NCBI RefSeq assembly: GCF_009914755.1 | Contig: NC_060925.1 | Strand: one strand, 5' to 3' | Source of the DNA: the human T2T-CHM13v2.0 reference genome, Homo sapiens | DNA: 64,000 nucleotides | Shown here: positions 1-12,209 of the stretch, piece by piece | Position numbering within the stretch: the stretch's first letter is position 1 | Layout: each line of letters begins with the position of its first letter | The notes under the pieces: generated by a model | The model's database searches: none | What the model saw: only the letters and a program-made list of their open reading frames with translations | Told to the model about the DNA's origin: nothing | Position numbers and translations under genes: made by a program

Positions 1-507
1 CTAGCAGGCCTAACAAAAGCTATTCCTGAAGACAGGATAGGGGGAGCCTCAGAAATGATATCCTTCCTATTCAAGTGAGGACAAAAGGCATTAAGCTTCC
101 AACCCTGGAGATCCCTTCCCTCCCTCAGGGTATGGCCCTCCACTTCATTTTTTGGGGCATAACATCTTTATAGGACAGGGGTAAAGTCCCAATACTAACA
201 GGAGAATGCTTAGGACTCTAACAGGTTTTCAAGAATGCATTGGTAAGGGCCTCTAAATCCGATTTTTCTCAGTCCTCTTTGTGGTCTAGGAGGACAGGCA
301 AGGGTGCAGGTTTTCAAGAATGCATTGTAAGGGCCACTAAATCCAGCCTTCCTTGGTCCTCCTTGTGGTCTAGGAGGAAAACTAGTGTTTCTGCTACTGT
401 GTGGGTGAGCGCAACTATTCCAATCAGCAGGGTCCAGGAACAGTTGCGGGTTCTTGGGCAGGGGGAGAAACAAACAAACCAAACGTGCAGGCGGTTTTGT
501 CTTTCAG

Positions 508-1966
508 ATGGGAAACACTCAGGCATCAACAGGCTCAGCCTTGAAATGCATCCTAAGCCATTGGGACCAATTTGACCCACAAACCCTGAAAAAGAGCTGG
601 CTAATTTTTTTCTGCACTACAGCCTGGCCCCAATATTCCCTCTCTGATGGGGAAAAATGGCCACCTGAGGGAAGTATAAATTACAATACTATCCTGCAAC
701 TTGACCTTTTCTGTAAGGGGGAAGGCAAATGGAGTGAAATACCTTATGTCCAAGCTTTCTTTTCATTGAAGGAGAATACACAACTATGCAAAGCTTGCAA
801 TTTACATCCCACAGGAGGACCTCTCAACTTACCCCCATATCCTAGCCTCCCTATAGCTCCCCTTCCTATTAATGATAAGCCTCCTCTACTCTCCCCTGCC
901 CAGAGGGAGACAAGCAAAGAAATCTCCAAAGGACCACAAAAACCCCCGTTCTATCAATTATGTCCCCTTCAAGCTGTAGGGGGAGGGGAATTTGGCCAAA
1001 CCTGGGTACATGCCCCCTTCTCCCTCTCTGATTTAAAGCAGATCAAGGTATATCTGGGGAAGTTTTCAGATGATCCTGATAGGTACATAGATGTCCTACA
1101 GGGTCTAGGGCAAACCTTCAATCTCACTTGGAGAGATGTCATGCTATTGTTAGATCAAACCCTGGCCTTTAATGAAAAGAATGTGGCTTTAGCTGCAGCC
1201 TGAGAGTTTGGAGATACCTGGTATCTTAGTCAAGAAAATGATAGAATGACAGCCAAAAGGGACAAATTCCCTACCAGTCAGCAAGCCATCCCCAGTATGG
1301 ATCCCCACTGGGACCTCAACTCAGATCAGGGGGACTGGAGTTGTAAACATCTGTTGACCTGTGTTCTAGAAGGACTTAGGAGAATTAGGAAAAAGCCCAT
1401 GAATTATTCAGTGATGTCTACCATAACTCAGGGAAAGGAAGAAAATCCTTCTGCCTTCCTCGAGTGGCTATGGGAGGCCTTAAGAATATATACTCCCCTG
1501 TCACCTGACTCACTAGAGGGTCAATTGATCCTCAAAGATAAGTTTACTACCCAATCAGCAGCAGATATCAGGAGAAAGCTCCAAAAGTGAGCCCTGGGCC
1601 CTGAACAAAATCTGGAGGCATTATTAAACCTGGCACTGTAAGTGTTCTATAATAGGGACCAAGAGGAACAAGCCCAAAAGGAAAAGCAAGATCAGAGAAA
1701 GGCCGCAGCCTTAGTCATGGCCCTCAGACAAACAAACCTTGGTGGTTCAGAGAGGACAGAAAATGGAGCAGGCCAATCACCCAGTGGGGCTTGTTACCAG
1801 TGTGATTTGCAAGCACACCTTAAAAAAGATTGTCCAACAAGAAACAAGCTGCCCCCTCGTCCATGTCTGCAATGCTGAGGCAATCACTGGAAGGAACACT
1901 GACCCAGAGTGCAATGGGTTCTCTGGGTCAGAAGCCCCCAACCAGATGATCCAACAACAGGACTGA
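508..1966 (+). pseudogene. gag: HERV9 gag pseudogene
   Basis: ATG at 508 (MGNTQ, myristoylation-type start). ORFs 454-1203, 1246-1590 and 1642-1878 share one frame. MHR-like ITQGKEENPSAFLE and CYQCDLQAHLKKDC knuckle are present. Stops at 1201, 1588, 1639, 1876, frameshift near 1900, and native stop TGA at 1964-1966 (QQQD*). Confidence 0.92.
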
Positions 1967-4170
1967 GGGTGCCCGGGGAAAACGCCAGCTAATGTCGTCA
2001 CCCTCACTGAGCCCCAGGTACGTTTAACCATTGAGGGCCGGGAAATTGACTTCCTCCTGGACACTGACGCGGCCTTCTCAGTGTTAATCTCCTGTCCCGG
2101 ACAACTGTCCTCAAAGTGCGTTACCATCCCAGGAATCCTGGGACAGCCTGTAACTAGGTATTTCTCCCACCTCCTCAGTTGTAATTGGGAGACTTTGCTC
2201 TTTTCTCATGCCTTTCTTGTTATGCCTGAAAGTCTCACACCCTTATTAGGGAGGGATATATTAGCCAAAGCTGGAGCTATTTTCTACATGAATATGGGGA
2301 ACAAGTTACCCATTTGTTGTCCCATACTTGAGGAGGGAATCAACCCTGAAGTCTGGGCATTAGAAGGACAATTTGGAAGGGCAAAAAATGCCTGCCCAGT
2401 TCAAATCAGGCTAAAAGACCCACCACTTTTCCTTATCAAAGTCAATATCCCTTAAGGCCTGAAGCTCATAAAGGATTACAGGATATTGTTAAACATTTAA
2501 AAGCTCAACACCTAGTAAGGAAATGCAGCAGTCCCTGCAACATCCCAATTCCAGGAGTACAAAAAACAAATGGTCAGTGGAGACTAGTGCAAGATCTTAG
2601 ACTCATCAATGAGGCAGTAATTCCTCTATATCCAGTTGTACATAACCCCTATACCCTGCTCTCTCAAATACCAGAGGAAGCAGAATGGTTCACTGTTCTG
2701 GACCTCAAGGATGCCTTCTTCTGTATTTCCCTGCACTCTGACTCCCAATTTCTCTTTGTCTTTGAGGATCCCACAGATCACACGTCCCAATTTACATGAA
2801 CAGTGTTGCCCCAAGGGTTTAGGGATAGCCCTCATCTGTTTGGTCAGGCACTGGCCCAAGATCTAGGCCGCTTCTCAAGTCCAGGCACTCTGGTCCTTCA
2901 GTATGTGGATGATTTACTTCTGGCTACCAGTTCAGAAGCCTCATGCCAAAAGGCTACTCTAGATCTCTTGAACTTTCTAGCTAATCAAGGGTACAAGGTT
3001 TCTAGGTCAAAGGACCAGCTTTACCTACAGCAAGTCAAATATCTAGGCCTAATCTTAGCCAGAGGGACAAGGGCCCTCAGCAAGGAATGGATACAGCCTA
3101 TACTGGCTTATCCTCACCCTAAGATATTAAAACAGTTGCGTGGGTTCCTTGGAATCACTGGCTTTTGCTGACTATGGATCCCCAGATACAGCAAGATAGC
3201 CAGGCCCCTCTACACTCTAATCAAGGAGACCCAGAGGGCAAATACTCATCTACTAATATGGGAACCAGGGGCAGAAACAGCCTTCGAAACCTTAAAGCAG
3301 GCCCTAGTACAAGCTCCAGGTTTAAGCCTTCCCACAGGACAAAACTTCTCTTTATATGTCACAGAGAGAGCATGGATAGCTCTTAGGGTCCTTACTCAGA
3401 CTCATGGGACAACCCCACAACAAGTGGCATACCTAAGTAAAGAAATTGATATAGTAGCAAAAGGCTGGCCTCACTGTTTACAGGTAGTTGTGGCAGTGGC
3501 TGTCTTTGTGTCATAGGCTACAAGGAAAGGATCTTACTGTCTGGTATACTCATGATGTAAATGGCATACTGGTTGCCAAAGGAAGCTTATGGCTATCAGA
3601 CAACTGCCTGCTTAGATACCAGGCACTACTACTTGAGGGACCAGTGCTTCAAATACCCACATGTGTGGCTCTCAACCCTGCCAGTTTTCCCCCAGAGGAT
3701 GGGGAACCACTCAAGCATGACTGCCAACAAATTACAGTCCAGATTTAAGCTGCCTGAGATGATCTCTTAGAAGTCTCCTTAGCTAATCCTGACCTTAACC
3801 TATATACTGATGGAAGTTTATTTGTGGAGAATGGGCTACAAAGGGCCATTTATGCCATAGTTAGTGATGTAGCTTTATTTGAAAGTAAGCCTCTTCCCCC
3901 AGGCACCAGTGCCCAGTTAGCAGAACTAGTGGCACTTATCTGAGCCTTAGAACTGGGAAAGGGAAGAAGAATAAATGTGTATACAGATAGCAAGTATGCT
4001 TATCTAATCCTACATGCCCATGCTGCAATATGGAAAGAAAGGGAGTTCCTAATCTCTGGGGGAACCCCCATTAAATATCACAAGGAAACCATGGAATTAT
4101 TGCATGCAGCACAAAAACCCAAGGATGTGGCAGTCTTATACTGCAGAAGCCATCAAAAGGGGAAGGAGAG
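1967..4170 (+). pseudogene. pol: HERV9 pro-pol pseudogene (protease, RT, RNase H; integrase absent)
   Basis: In frame after the gag stop: FLLDTDAAFSVL (DTG mutated to DTD, 2060-2068), PLLGRDIL, DLKDAFF, LPQGFRDSP, YVDD (2902-2913), and RNase H motifs YTDGS, AQLAEL and YTDSKY. Several stops and frameshifts. Confidence 0.92.
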
Positions 4171-4199
4171 GGGAGAACAGCAGCATAAGCAGCTGGCAG

Positions 4200-4425
4200 A
4201 GGCAGGGAAAGACCAGCAGAAAGGAAAGAGGGAAAGATAAAGAAAATCAGAGAGTGAGAGAGGAAGAGACAGAGACAAAGATGGAGTCAGAGAGAGAGAG
4301 AGAAAGAGAGAGACAGAAAGTCAAAGAGAGAGAGGAGACAGACAAAGAGGGAGTCAGAAAGAGAGAAAGAGAGAGACAAAGAAGAAGTTGAAGAGAAAGA
4401 AAGAGAGAGATAGAAATAGTAAAGA
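4200..4425 (+). repeat. GA-rich purine low-complexity tract at the pol/env deletion
   Basis: GAGA/GAAA/GACA units, almost free of T, on the + strand. Confidence 0.85.
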
Positions 4426-4464
4426 AAAAATAGTGTACCCTATTTCTTTAAAAGCCAGGGTAAA

Positions 4465-5075
4465 GTTCTGTCTACCCTGCCAAGGCATATTCTTCTTATG
4501 TGGAACTTCAACCTATATTTGCCTATCAGACAGTTTGCAAGAAATAACGAAATCTATCCTTACTCTACAATCCCAAATAGACTCTGACAGCAGTGACTCT
4601 CCAAAACCACTGAGGGCTAGACCTCCTCACTGCTGAGAAAGGAGGACTCTGCACCTTCTTAGGGGAAGAATGTTGTTTTTACGCTAACCAGTCAGGAATA
4701 GTATGAGATGCCACCCAGCATTTACAGGAAAAGGCTTCTGAAATCAGACAACACCTTTCAAACTCTTATACCAAACTCTCCAGTTGGGTGACATGGCTTC
4801 TCCCATTTCTAGGTCCCATGGCAGCCATCTTGCTCTTAGTCACCTTCAAGCCCTGTATTTTTAACCTCCTTGTCAAGTTTGTTTCCTCTAGGATCAAGGC
4901 CATCACGCTACAGATGGTCTTACAAATGGAAACCCAAATGAGCTCAATTAACAACTTCTACCAAGGACCCCTAGACCGACCTGCTGGCCTTTTCACTGGT
5001 TTAAAGAGTTCCCCTCTGGAGGACACTACAATTGCAGGGCTCCTTCTTCATCCCCATCCAGCAGGAAGTAGCTAG
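4465..5075 (+). pseudogene. env: HERV9 env remnant (end of SU fused to TM)
   Basis: FCLPCQGIFFLCGTSTYICL followed directly by SDSLQEITKSILTLQSQIDS. Immunosuppressive domain [19 protein letters not shown]6CC (CTFLGEECC), and open frame 4707-5075 with a membrane anchor and cytoplasmic tail. Confidence 0.9.
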
Positions 5076-5131
5076 AGCAGTCATCACTCAATTCCCAACA
5101 GCAGTTGGGGTGTCCTGTTTAGAGGGGGGAT

Positions 5132-5750
5132 TGAGAGGTGAAGCCAGCTGGATTTCCTGGGTCGAGTGGGGAATTGGAGAACTTTTCTGTCTAGCTAAAG
5201 GTTTGTAAATGCACGAATCAGCACTCTGTAAAAACGCACCAATCAGTGCTCTGTGTCTAGCTAAAGGTTTGTAAATGCACCAGTGAGCACTCTGTAAAAA
5301 CACACCAATCAGTGCTCTTTGTCTAGCTAAAGGTTTGTAAACGCACCAATCAGCACTCTGTAAAAATGCACCAATCAACACTCCGTAAAATGGACCAATC
5401 AGCAGGATGTGGGCAGGGCCAAATAAGGGAATAAAAACTGGCCACCCGCCCAGCAGCAGCAAACCCACTCAGGTCCCCTTCCATGCCATGGAAGTTTTGT
5501 TCTTTCACTCTTCACAATAAATCTTGCTGCTGCTCACTCTTCGGGTCTGCACTACCTTTATGAGTTATAACACTGCAGACGTATGCGGCTTCTCTCCTGA
5601 AGTCAGTGAGACCATGGACCTACTGGGAGCAACAAACAACTCTGGACGCGCCATCTTTAAGAGCTGTAACACTCACCGCAAGGGTCTGCGGCTTCAATCT
5701 TGAAGTCAGTGAGACCAAGAACCCACCGGAAGGAATAAATTCTGGACACA
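5132..5750 (+). mobile_element. 3' LTR of HERV9 (LTR12 family, short LTR12/LTR12F-like form)
   Basis: Starts TGAGAGGTGAAGCCAGCTGG right after the PPT and ends GGACACA (TG...CA). Contains CCAAT repeats, an AATAAAA TATA-like element near 5430 and polyA signal AATAAA at 5516-5521. Confidence 0.95.
5189..5400 (+). promoter_or_regulatory. LTR12 U3 tandem enhancer repeats with CCAAT (NF-Y) boxes
   Basis: Three 66-bp units starting GTCTAGCTAAAGG at 5189, 5255 and 5321; CCAAT at 5239, 5305, 5346, 5371 and 5395. Confidence 0.85.
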
Positions 5751-5775
5751 CAGGTGTGAGCCACCGTGCCTGGCC
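5751..5775 (-). mobile_element. 5'-terminal 25 bp of an Alu interrupted by the HERV9 provirus
   Basis: Reverse complement reads GGCCAGGCACGGTGGCTCACACCTG, the Alu 5' end, directly abutting the LTR terminal CA. Confidence 0.85.
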
Positions 5776-6680
5776 TAGTTCAGTTCTCTTAAACTTTGTT
5801 CTACTTATACTTTAGTGCAGCTTCAGGGTATTTCAGACATGGGTGCACCAGTTCATACATAGATTTAAGGATCTCTTTCTTTAGCTCATTCATGTTAGGA
5901 ATTCTCTCATTTTTTTCTGCTTCCCAATGGCCCAATTTTACAATATTTTGGCTTAAAAAAAGGGTATTATTTTAGATTTTAGTCTCAAGCACTGTCCTAA
6001 AATTCTACATGACTGGGAATTTTCAACATGGCACAGTAGTGAGAATAAAAAAATAATAAATAATCGTACTCTTTTCTCCTATATTCTTTACCTAATAGAA
6101 ACCTCTTTTGATCCATTCTTCTATCTAGAAATAACTATATTTCTCTCAGTCTTAGTGCCTGTGCCACTGTGTTAGGAGGAGAAGTACAGCTCAATGGCAC
6201 ATGGTTGCTAGAGAAAGAAAAGATAAAAAGGTTTCTTCCTACTTTCTCCTGCTAGTATAGGGCCTTTCTCTTTGCCCTATAGCCAAGAAATATGTGGTTC
6301 CCCATAGGTTTTGCTAAATTTGCCTGTTACACATTTTCCCATTGAGATAGTCTTTAGGTCACAGCCTAGGAGATAAGCAAGAAAAATATAATAAATTCAC
6401 CACTACCATATAGATGTTTCTTCAAGTTTTGATTACCCTTAAACCCGCCCTCTGTTATTTACTGTTCAAAGTCCTCAAAGGTGTTTATTTGCTTGTATTT
6501 TATTCAGAGTCTTAGTATTAACCACTGAGACATGTAGGCTGCATTAGATTTTGTCAATCTTGGCCAGAATCAGCATCTATTATATTTTATGAAGCATTTA
6601 TTATAGTCAATAAGTAATTACTTTTTCACATGCTGTATTTCACTATAGTTTGAATGAACTCAGCATTTATTTCAAACCTC

Positions 6681-6856
6681 CATGGTATCCATACACATTT
6701 TCTGTAAAAATGGAAATGCTTTGTATATCTGTCCTGTCCAACAAGGTAGCAACTATTTTCATATGGTTAGTACATACTTGACATCTAGCTAGTGCAACCT
6801 AGGAACTAAATTATTTTATCTCATTTTAATTATTAAATGTTGCAATTAAATCACAC
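6681..6856 (+). mobile_element. MER3-like hAT-Charlie non-autonomous DNA transposon, 3' end lost
   Basis: ATGGAAATG..TATATCTG..CTGTCCAA..GGTAGC..CTAGTGCAAC..GGAACT resembles the recalled MER3 consensus. Confidence 0.6.
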
Positions 6857-7488
6857 ATTCTCCACAGCAGCAGCAGTAAGCCCTGCCCAAAAAGTGTCTG
6901 AGCTCAGACATGCCTAACCCTGCCCACACCTGGTGGTCTTTCCTTACCCACCCTGGTTGCCAAATACAAAGGACATAATCTCCTGAGAGCTCTATGGCCC
7001 TGCCCACCACCTGAGAAATCTGAATACTTAACCCAGCAACCCTAGAGCAAGTTTCCATTCTCTCTGCAGTACCACAGCTGATGCAGTCTTGAAAGCGTCA
7101 ACTCCTGGCTGGAAGCCAACCAACACAAAACCAGCACATTAAACAAACATACAACTAAAAACCCTCAGAGTCCACTTTGCCCCCCTGTTACCTCCACCAG
7201 AGCAAATGCTGGTATCCACGGCTAAAAGACCTGAAGATGGATCACATCACAGGACTCTTGGCAGACACTCCCCAGTGCCAGCCCAGAGCCTGGTAGCTCT
7301 GCTGGGTGGCTAGACCCAGGAGAGCAAAAACAATCACTGCAATTCAGCTCTTAGAAAGACCCATCCCAAGGGGAATGGGGAGAACACCACATCGATACAT
7401 CAATAGAGCACCCCATGCCACAAAAGAATCTGAACAGCAGCCCTTGAGTCCTCCGTCTTCCCTCTGACATAGTCTACCCAAATGAAAA

Positions 7489-7527
<39 letters not shown>

Positions 7528-9100
7528 AATAAAGAGACACGGAAAAACAATTCTGGTCATATAAGAAAAGGTTTTTTAACACCCCCAGAAGGTCACACTA
7601 GCTCATGAGCAATAGATCCAAACCAAGATGAAATCTCTGCATTGCCAGAAAAATAATTCATAAGGTCGATTATTAAGTTAATCAAGGAGGAAACAGAAAA
7701 AGGGAAAATCCAACAATAAAGTTATAGTCACCGAAACAGTATGGTATTGCTATAAAAATAGGCACATACCAATGGCGGAGAATAGAGAACCCAGGAATAC
7801 AGCCAAATACTTATAGATAAATAATAATAATAATAATAATAATAAATAAGTGGGGAAAGGACACCCTATTCAACAAATGGTGCGAGATAATTGGCAAGCC
7901 ACTTGTAGAAGAATCAAACCAGATCCTCATCTATCACCTAATACAAAAATCAACTCAAGATGGATCAAAGACTTAAATCTAAGACCTGAAGCCATAAAAA
8001 TTCTAGATGGCAACATCAGGAAAACCCTTTTAGACACTGGCTTAGGCAAAGACTTCATGACCAAGAACCCAAAAGCAAATGCAACAAAAACAAAGATAAA
8101 TAGATGAAACTTTAAAACTATAAACACTTCTGCACAACGAAATAAATAATCAGCAGAGTTAGCAGACAACCCACAGAGTGGGAGAAAAATCTTTACTATC
8201 TATACATCCAACAAAGGACTAACATCCAGAATCTACAAACAACTCAAATTATCAGCAAGAGAAAAAGCAAGTAATTCCATCAAAAAGTCGGCTAAGGACA
8301 TGAATACACAATTCTCAATAGAAGATATACAAATGGCCAACAAACATATGAAAAAATGTTCAACATCACTAATTATCAGGAAAATGCCAATCAAAACCAC
8401 AATGCAATATCACCTTAATCCTGCAAAAATGGCCATAATCAAAAAATAAATGTTGGTATAGTTGTGGTGAAAAGGGAGCATGTTTACACTGTTGGTGGGA
8501 ATGTAACCTAGTACAACCACTTTGGAAAACAGTGTAGAGATTACTTAAAGAACCTAAAGTAGATCTACTATTTGATCCAGCAATCCCACTACTAGAGGTA
8601 TCCACCCAGAGGGAAAAAAAGTCATTAAATGAAAAAGATACTTGCACATGCATATTTATAGCAGCAAAATTTGCAATTGCAAAAATATGAAACTGCCCAA
8701 ATGGCCATCAATCAACAAGTAAAAAAGTGTGGTATATATATACCATGTAATTCTACTCAGCCATAAAAAGGAATGAAATAAAGGCACCTGCAGCAACCTG
8801 GATGGAATTGGAGACTATTATTCTAAGTGAAGTAACTCAGGAATGGAAAACCAAACATTGTATGTTCTCACTCATAAGTGCTATGAAGACACAAAGGCAT
8901 AAAAATAATACAATAGACTTTGGGTACTGGGACAAAAAGTAAGAGGGGGTGAGGAATAAAAGACTACACACTGGGTACAGTGCACAGTACTTGGGAAATG
9001 GGTGAACCAAAATCTCAGAATAATTAAATAACTTATTCATGTAACCCAACATCACCTGCTCTGCAAAAACCTATTGAAATAAGAAATAAGTTGATTAAAT
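6857..9100 (+). mobile_element. L1PB-type LINE-1 with large internal deletion (5'UTR plus ORF1 start joined to ORF2 C-terminus plus 3'UTR)
   Basis: L1PB-like 5'UTR, ORF1 N-terminus (..TPPEGHTSS*AIDPNQDEIS..), junction near 7715, ORF2 C-terminus (WQATCRRIKPDPHLSPNTKINSRWIKDLNL), and 3' end AACCTATTGAAAT plus A-rich tail. Confidence 0.85.
7486..7532 (+). repeat. (AAAT)n microsatellite inside L1
   Basis: Direct observation. Confidence 0.95.
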
Positions 9101-9329
9101 AAACATACAAGGATGATATATTTTAGCCTTATCAATCACCTCTCTGTAACTCAGACATTTAATTAGCATAAAGAGCTCCTTATATTGTATCATTTAACTA
9201 AAATATCTAAATATTGATACTAGTTCTGTCTGCATATGCAGAACAATTTCAAATCTGTACTTTTCTCTTTAGGACAATGGAGTTAGTTTGTATATAAATA
9301 TTTCTACACCTAAAGAACTTTTGAGATAA

Positions 9330-9625
<296 letters not shown>

Positions 9626-10179
9626 GAGAATACTTTTATGTGAGATTACTATTGAAACAGCAAGGGCACAATGTAGGAGAAATACTAGTTGAAGAGTACA
9701 AAGACCATATTTTGCTATTCAGTGATTACATTTGTTTTTCATGGAGCTGCGCCCAAAACCTGGTAGCCTGTGCAAAGTAAGGGAAATAGCAGAGTCCAGA
9801 ACCACAGCCACTTAATCTTCTGTAAGGTTTTATACCTCTGGAGGGAAGCGGTGGGGTAGCCTGGAAGTATACCAACCTTAAAGATTTGATTCTCTTATCA
9901 TGTAGGAACATTTTTCTGTGCTAGGTTTGCATCATTCACTGTCTTGTTTCTTCCAGGCTCATAAGCCTTGGTCAAGATTTTCTAGCAGCAGACCTGCCCA
10001 TAGCCAACAATAACTGGGCTTCAGTTATTTTAATACTGCCCTACTAACTCTGCTTCACCCCTTAAGGCCCAAGCCAGCTTTTACAAATTCAGAAACTATG
10101 TGACTAAGGAAAACAATAATGGATAAAGAAAGCAAAATAATGAAAGAGCAGAGATGCAGTCATGTCTCTGGGACAACTA

Positions 10180-10217
10180 TTAAGTTGGTGCAAAAGTAAT
10201 TGTGGTTTCTGCCATTA
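10180..10217 (+). mobile_element. Solo Hsmar1 TIR / half MADE1
   Basis: TA followed by TTAAGTTGGTGCAAAAGTAATTGTGGTTTCTGCCATTA matches the Hsmar1/MADE1 terminal repeat. Confidence 0.8.
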
Positions 10218-10566
10218 TGTGTATGAAAATTTCATTCTTTTTTACTACACAATAGCTTCTCCTATATGTTTGCAAAGAACTTAAAGACACCAGTTTAATC
10301 TCCCTTCAATGTCACTTGCAGCGGAGATTTGCTTCAGTATCTTTGGGTGAGTGATAACTTACTTACTGGTCAATATACAGTGACTGTGCATGGGAGGGAG
10401 GTCCTATAATTTGCCCGGTTGGAGTCAGCAGACTGCCCCTGGAAGAATTCTATTGTTTTAGGTAGTGACATAATGTAAAAAATATCAGCTCCGTAGATAA
10501 CTAGCAAGATGGTAATAGCTGTTAGTTCTCCAGAGAAGAGAGGAGAGTGTTAAGAAAACAAACCTA

Positions 10567-10926
<360 letters not shown>

Positions 10927-11767
10927 TTAAGAATGTGAGAGCCTGATAGGAACACAACATCACATATATGGCCTCACATAACTCTTAGAAGTAGGTCTAA
11001 ATTCATTACTATTATTCCTAAGTAGAAATTCTAGCATTTTTATCTTCCAAACAGCCTCCATTTCTGTATTGCAGGTATACTCCATGGGGCTTTGAGTGCT
11101 AAGTTCCCTCATCTTTAAGACATTAAACATGATGTTTCCTTTACTTGGGATAATCTACTTATCTTTTTTTCCTTCATCTGTCTATTCTCTACTTATTATT
11201 AAATTATACACAGTCATTCCTCCAAGAAAATTGTTCACACCTCTTTTGAGAGGTCAGTTCTCTGAACTCTATTCCATATCCTTGCATTTCTCCATGTAGT
11301 GACTAACATGACTTACTGTAATTTTCTATGCACTATCTCCAGTGGCTTTGTTTTTAATTTGATCTCTAAAACCTACCACAGCACATGAAATTGAATAAAT
11401 ATTTATTAAAAGAATGAATGGATTGTGGGGCTTGATCAATATAGATGACAGTGGCAATTTTACTACTCTTGTTTTTGATGCAATTCTTATTATACTGCTA
11501 TTTAAGATCAAGCTAACTCTTAGGAATAGGAATAAAAATATGACTTACATTAAACTTATAGCCGAACATAATGTCTTTCTTTTGCAGAAATAAATGTGAG
11601 AATAAAATGAACATAAAAAAAATTTACCAACGGAAAAATAAAGACATTAATACTAGCAGTTAAGCTCTTTTATAAATTTATTGTGAAAATATAAAATGCA
11701 AAATTATTTTTAATCAATGAAACCATAATTGACTTACATGTATAGTCTTCCAACAAAAATAATTTTG

Positions 11768-11813
11768 AAGAACTAATCATGTGTTTGTAAAAGAACTAAT
11801 CGTGTGTTTGTAA
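11768..11813. repeat. 23-bp tandem duplication
   Basis: AAGAACTAATC(A/G)TGTGTTTGTAA twice, at 11768 and 11791. Confidence 0.9.
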
Positions 11814-11842
11814 AACTACCATAACATTATTCAATAGCTATA

Positions 11843-12209
11843 TTTTATGGTTTGGCTGTGTCCCCACCCAAATCTTATCTTCAATTGCAGCTCCCATAAT
11901 TCCCACATGTTGTGAGAGGGACCTGATAGGATATAATTGAATCATGAGGGCGCTTCCCCCATACTGTTCTTGTGGTAGTGAATAAGCCTCAGAAGAGCTG
12001 ATGGTTCTATAAGGGGTTTCCCCTTTTGCTTAGTTCTCACTTCTCTGGCTTTCTGCCATGTAAGATGTGCCTTCTGCCTTCTGCCATGATTGTGAGTTCT
12101 CCTCCATGTGAGCCACATGGAACTGTGAGTCCACTAAACCCCTTTTTTCTTTACAAATTGCTCAGTCTCAGGTATGTCTTTATCAGCAGCATGAAAATGG
12201 GTTAATACA
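11843..12209 (+). mobile_element. THE1 (THE1C/D-like) MaLR solo LTR
   Basis: ATGGTTTGGCTGTGTCCCCACCCAAATCT start and TATCAGCAGCATGAAAATGG..TAATACA end; approximate TSD CTATA/CCATA. Confidence 0.9.

Larger units (their letters stand above)
1..5131 (+). mobile_element. HERV9/ERV9 (ERV1, gammaretrovirus-like) internal region, defective; 5' LTR and PBS lie upstream of the window
   Basis: Collinear gag (MGNTQAS..., zinc knuckles), protease, RT (LPQGF, YVDD), RNase H and env TM remnants, then polypurine tract AGAGGGGGGA at 5121-5130 and an LTR12-type LTR. Confidence 0.95.

Noticed and set aside
210-580. Overlapping ORFs and an ~85-bp direct repeat in the HERV9 leader
   Set aside because: Non-coding retroviral leader; the repeat appears to be an ordinary ERV9 feature.
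4104-4391. Highly charged E/R/K-rich ORF
   Set aside because: Translation of GA low-complexity DNA.
4707-5075. Open env TM frame as a possible syncytin-like co-opted gene
   Set aside because: No signal peptide, SU, furin site or fusion peptide, and stops in and after the immunosuppressive domain.
5189-5390. Regular 66-bp repeats resembling a CRISPR array, and antisense ORF 5088-5468
   Set aside because: The whole unit repeats with no unique spacers. It is the LTR12 U3 enhancer, and the ORF results from the repeat period being a multiple of 3.
10295-10352. Possible 25-nt plus-strand micro-exon (TTGCAG..TGG|GTGAGT)
   Set aside because: Weak pyrimidine tract and no partner exons; expected by chance.
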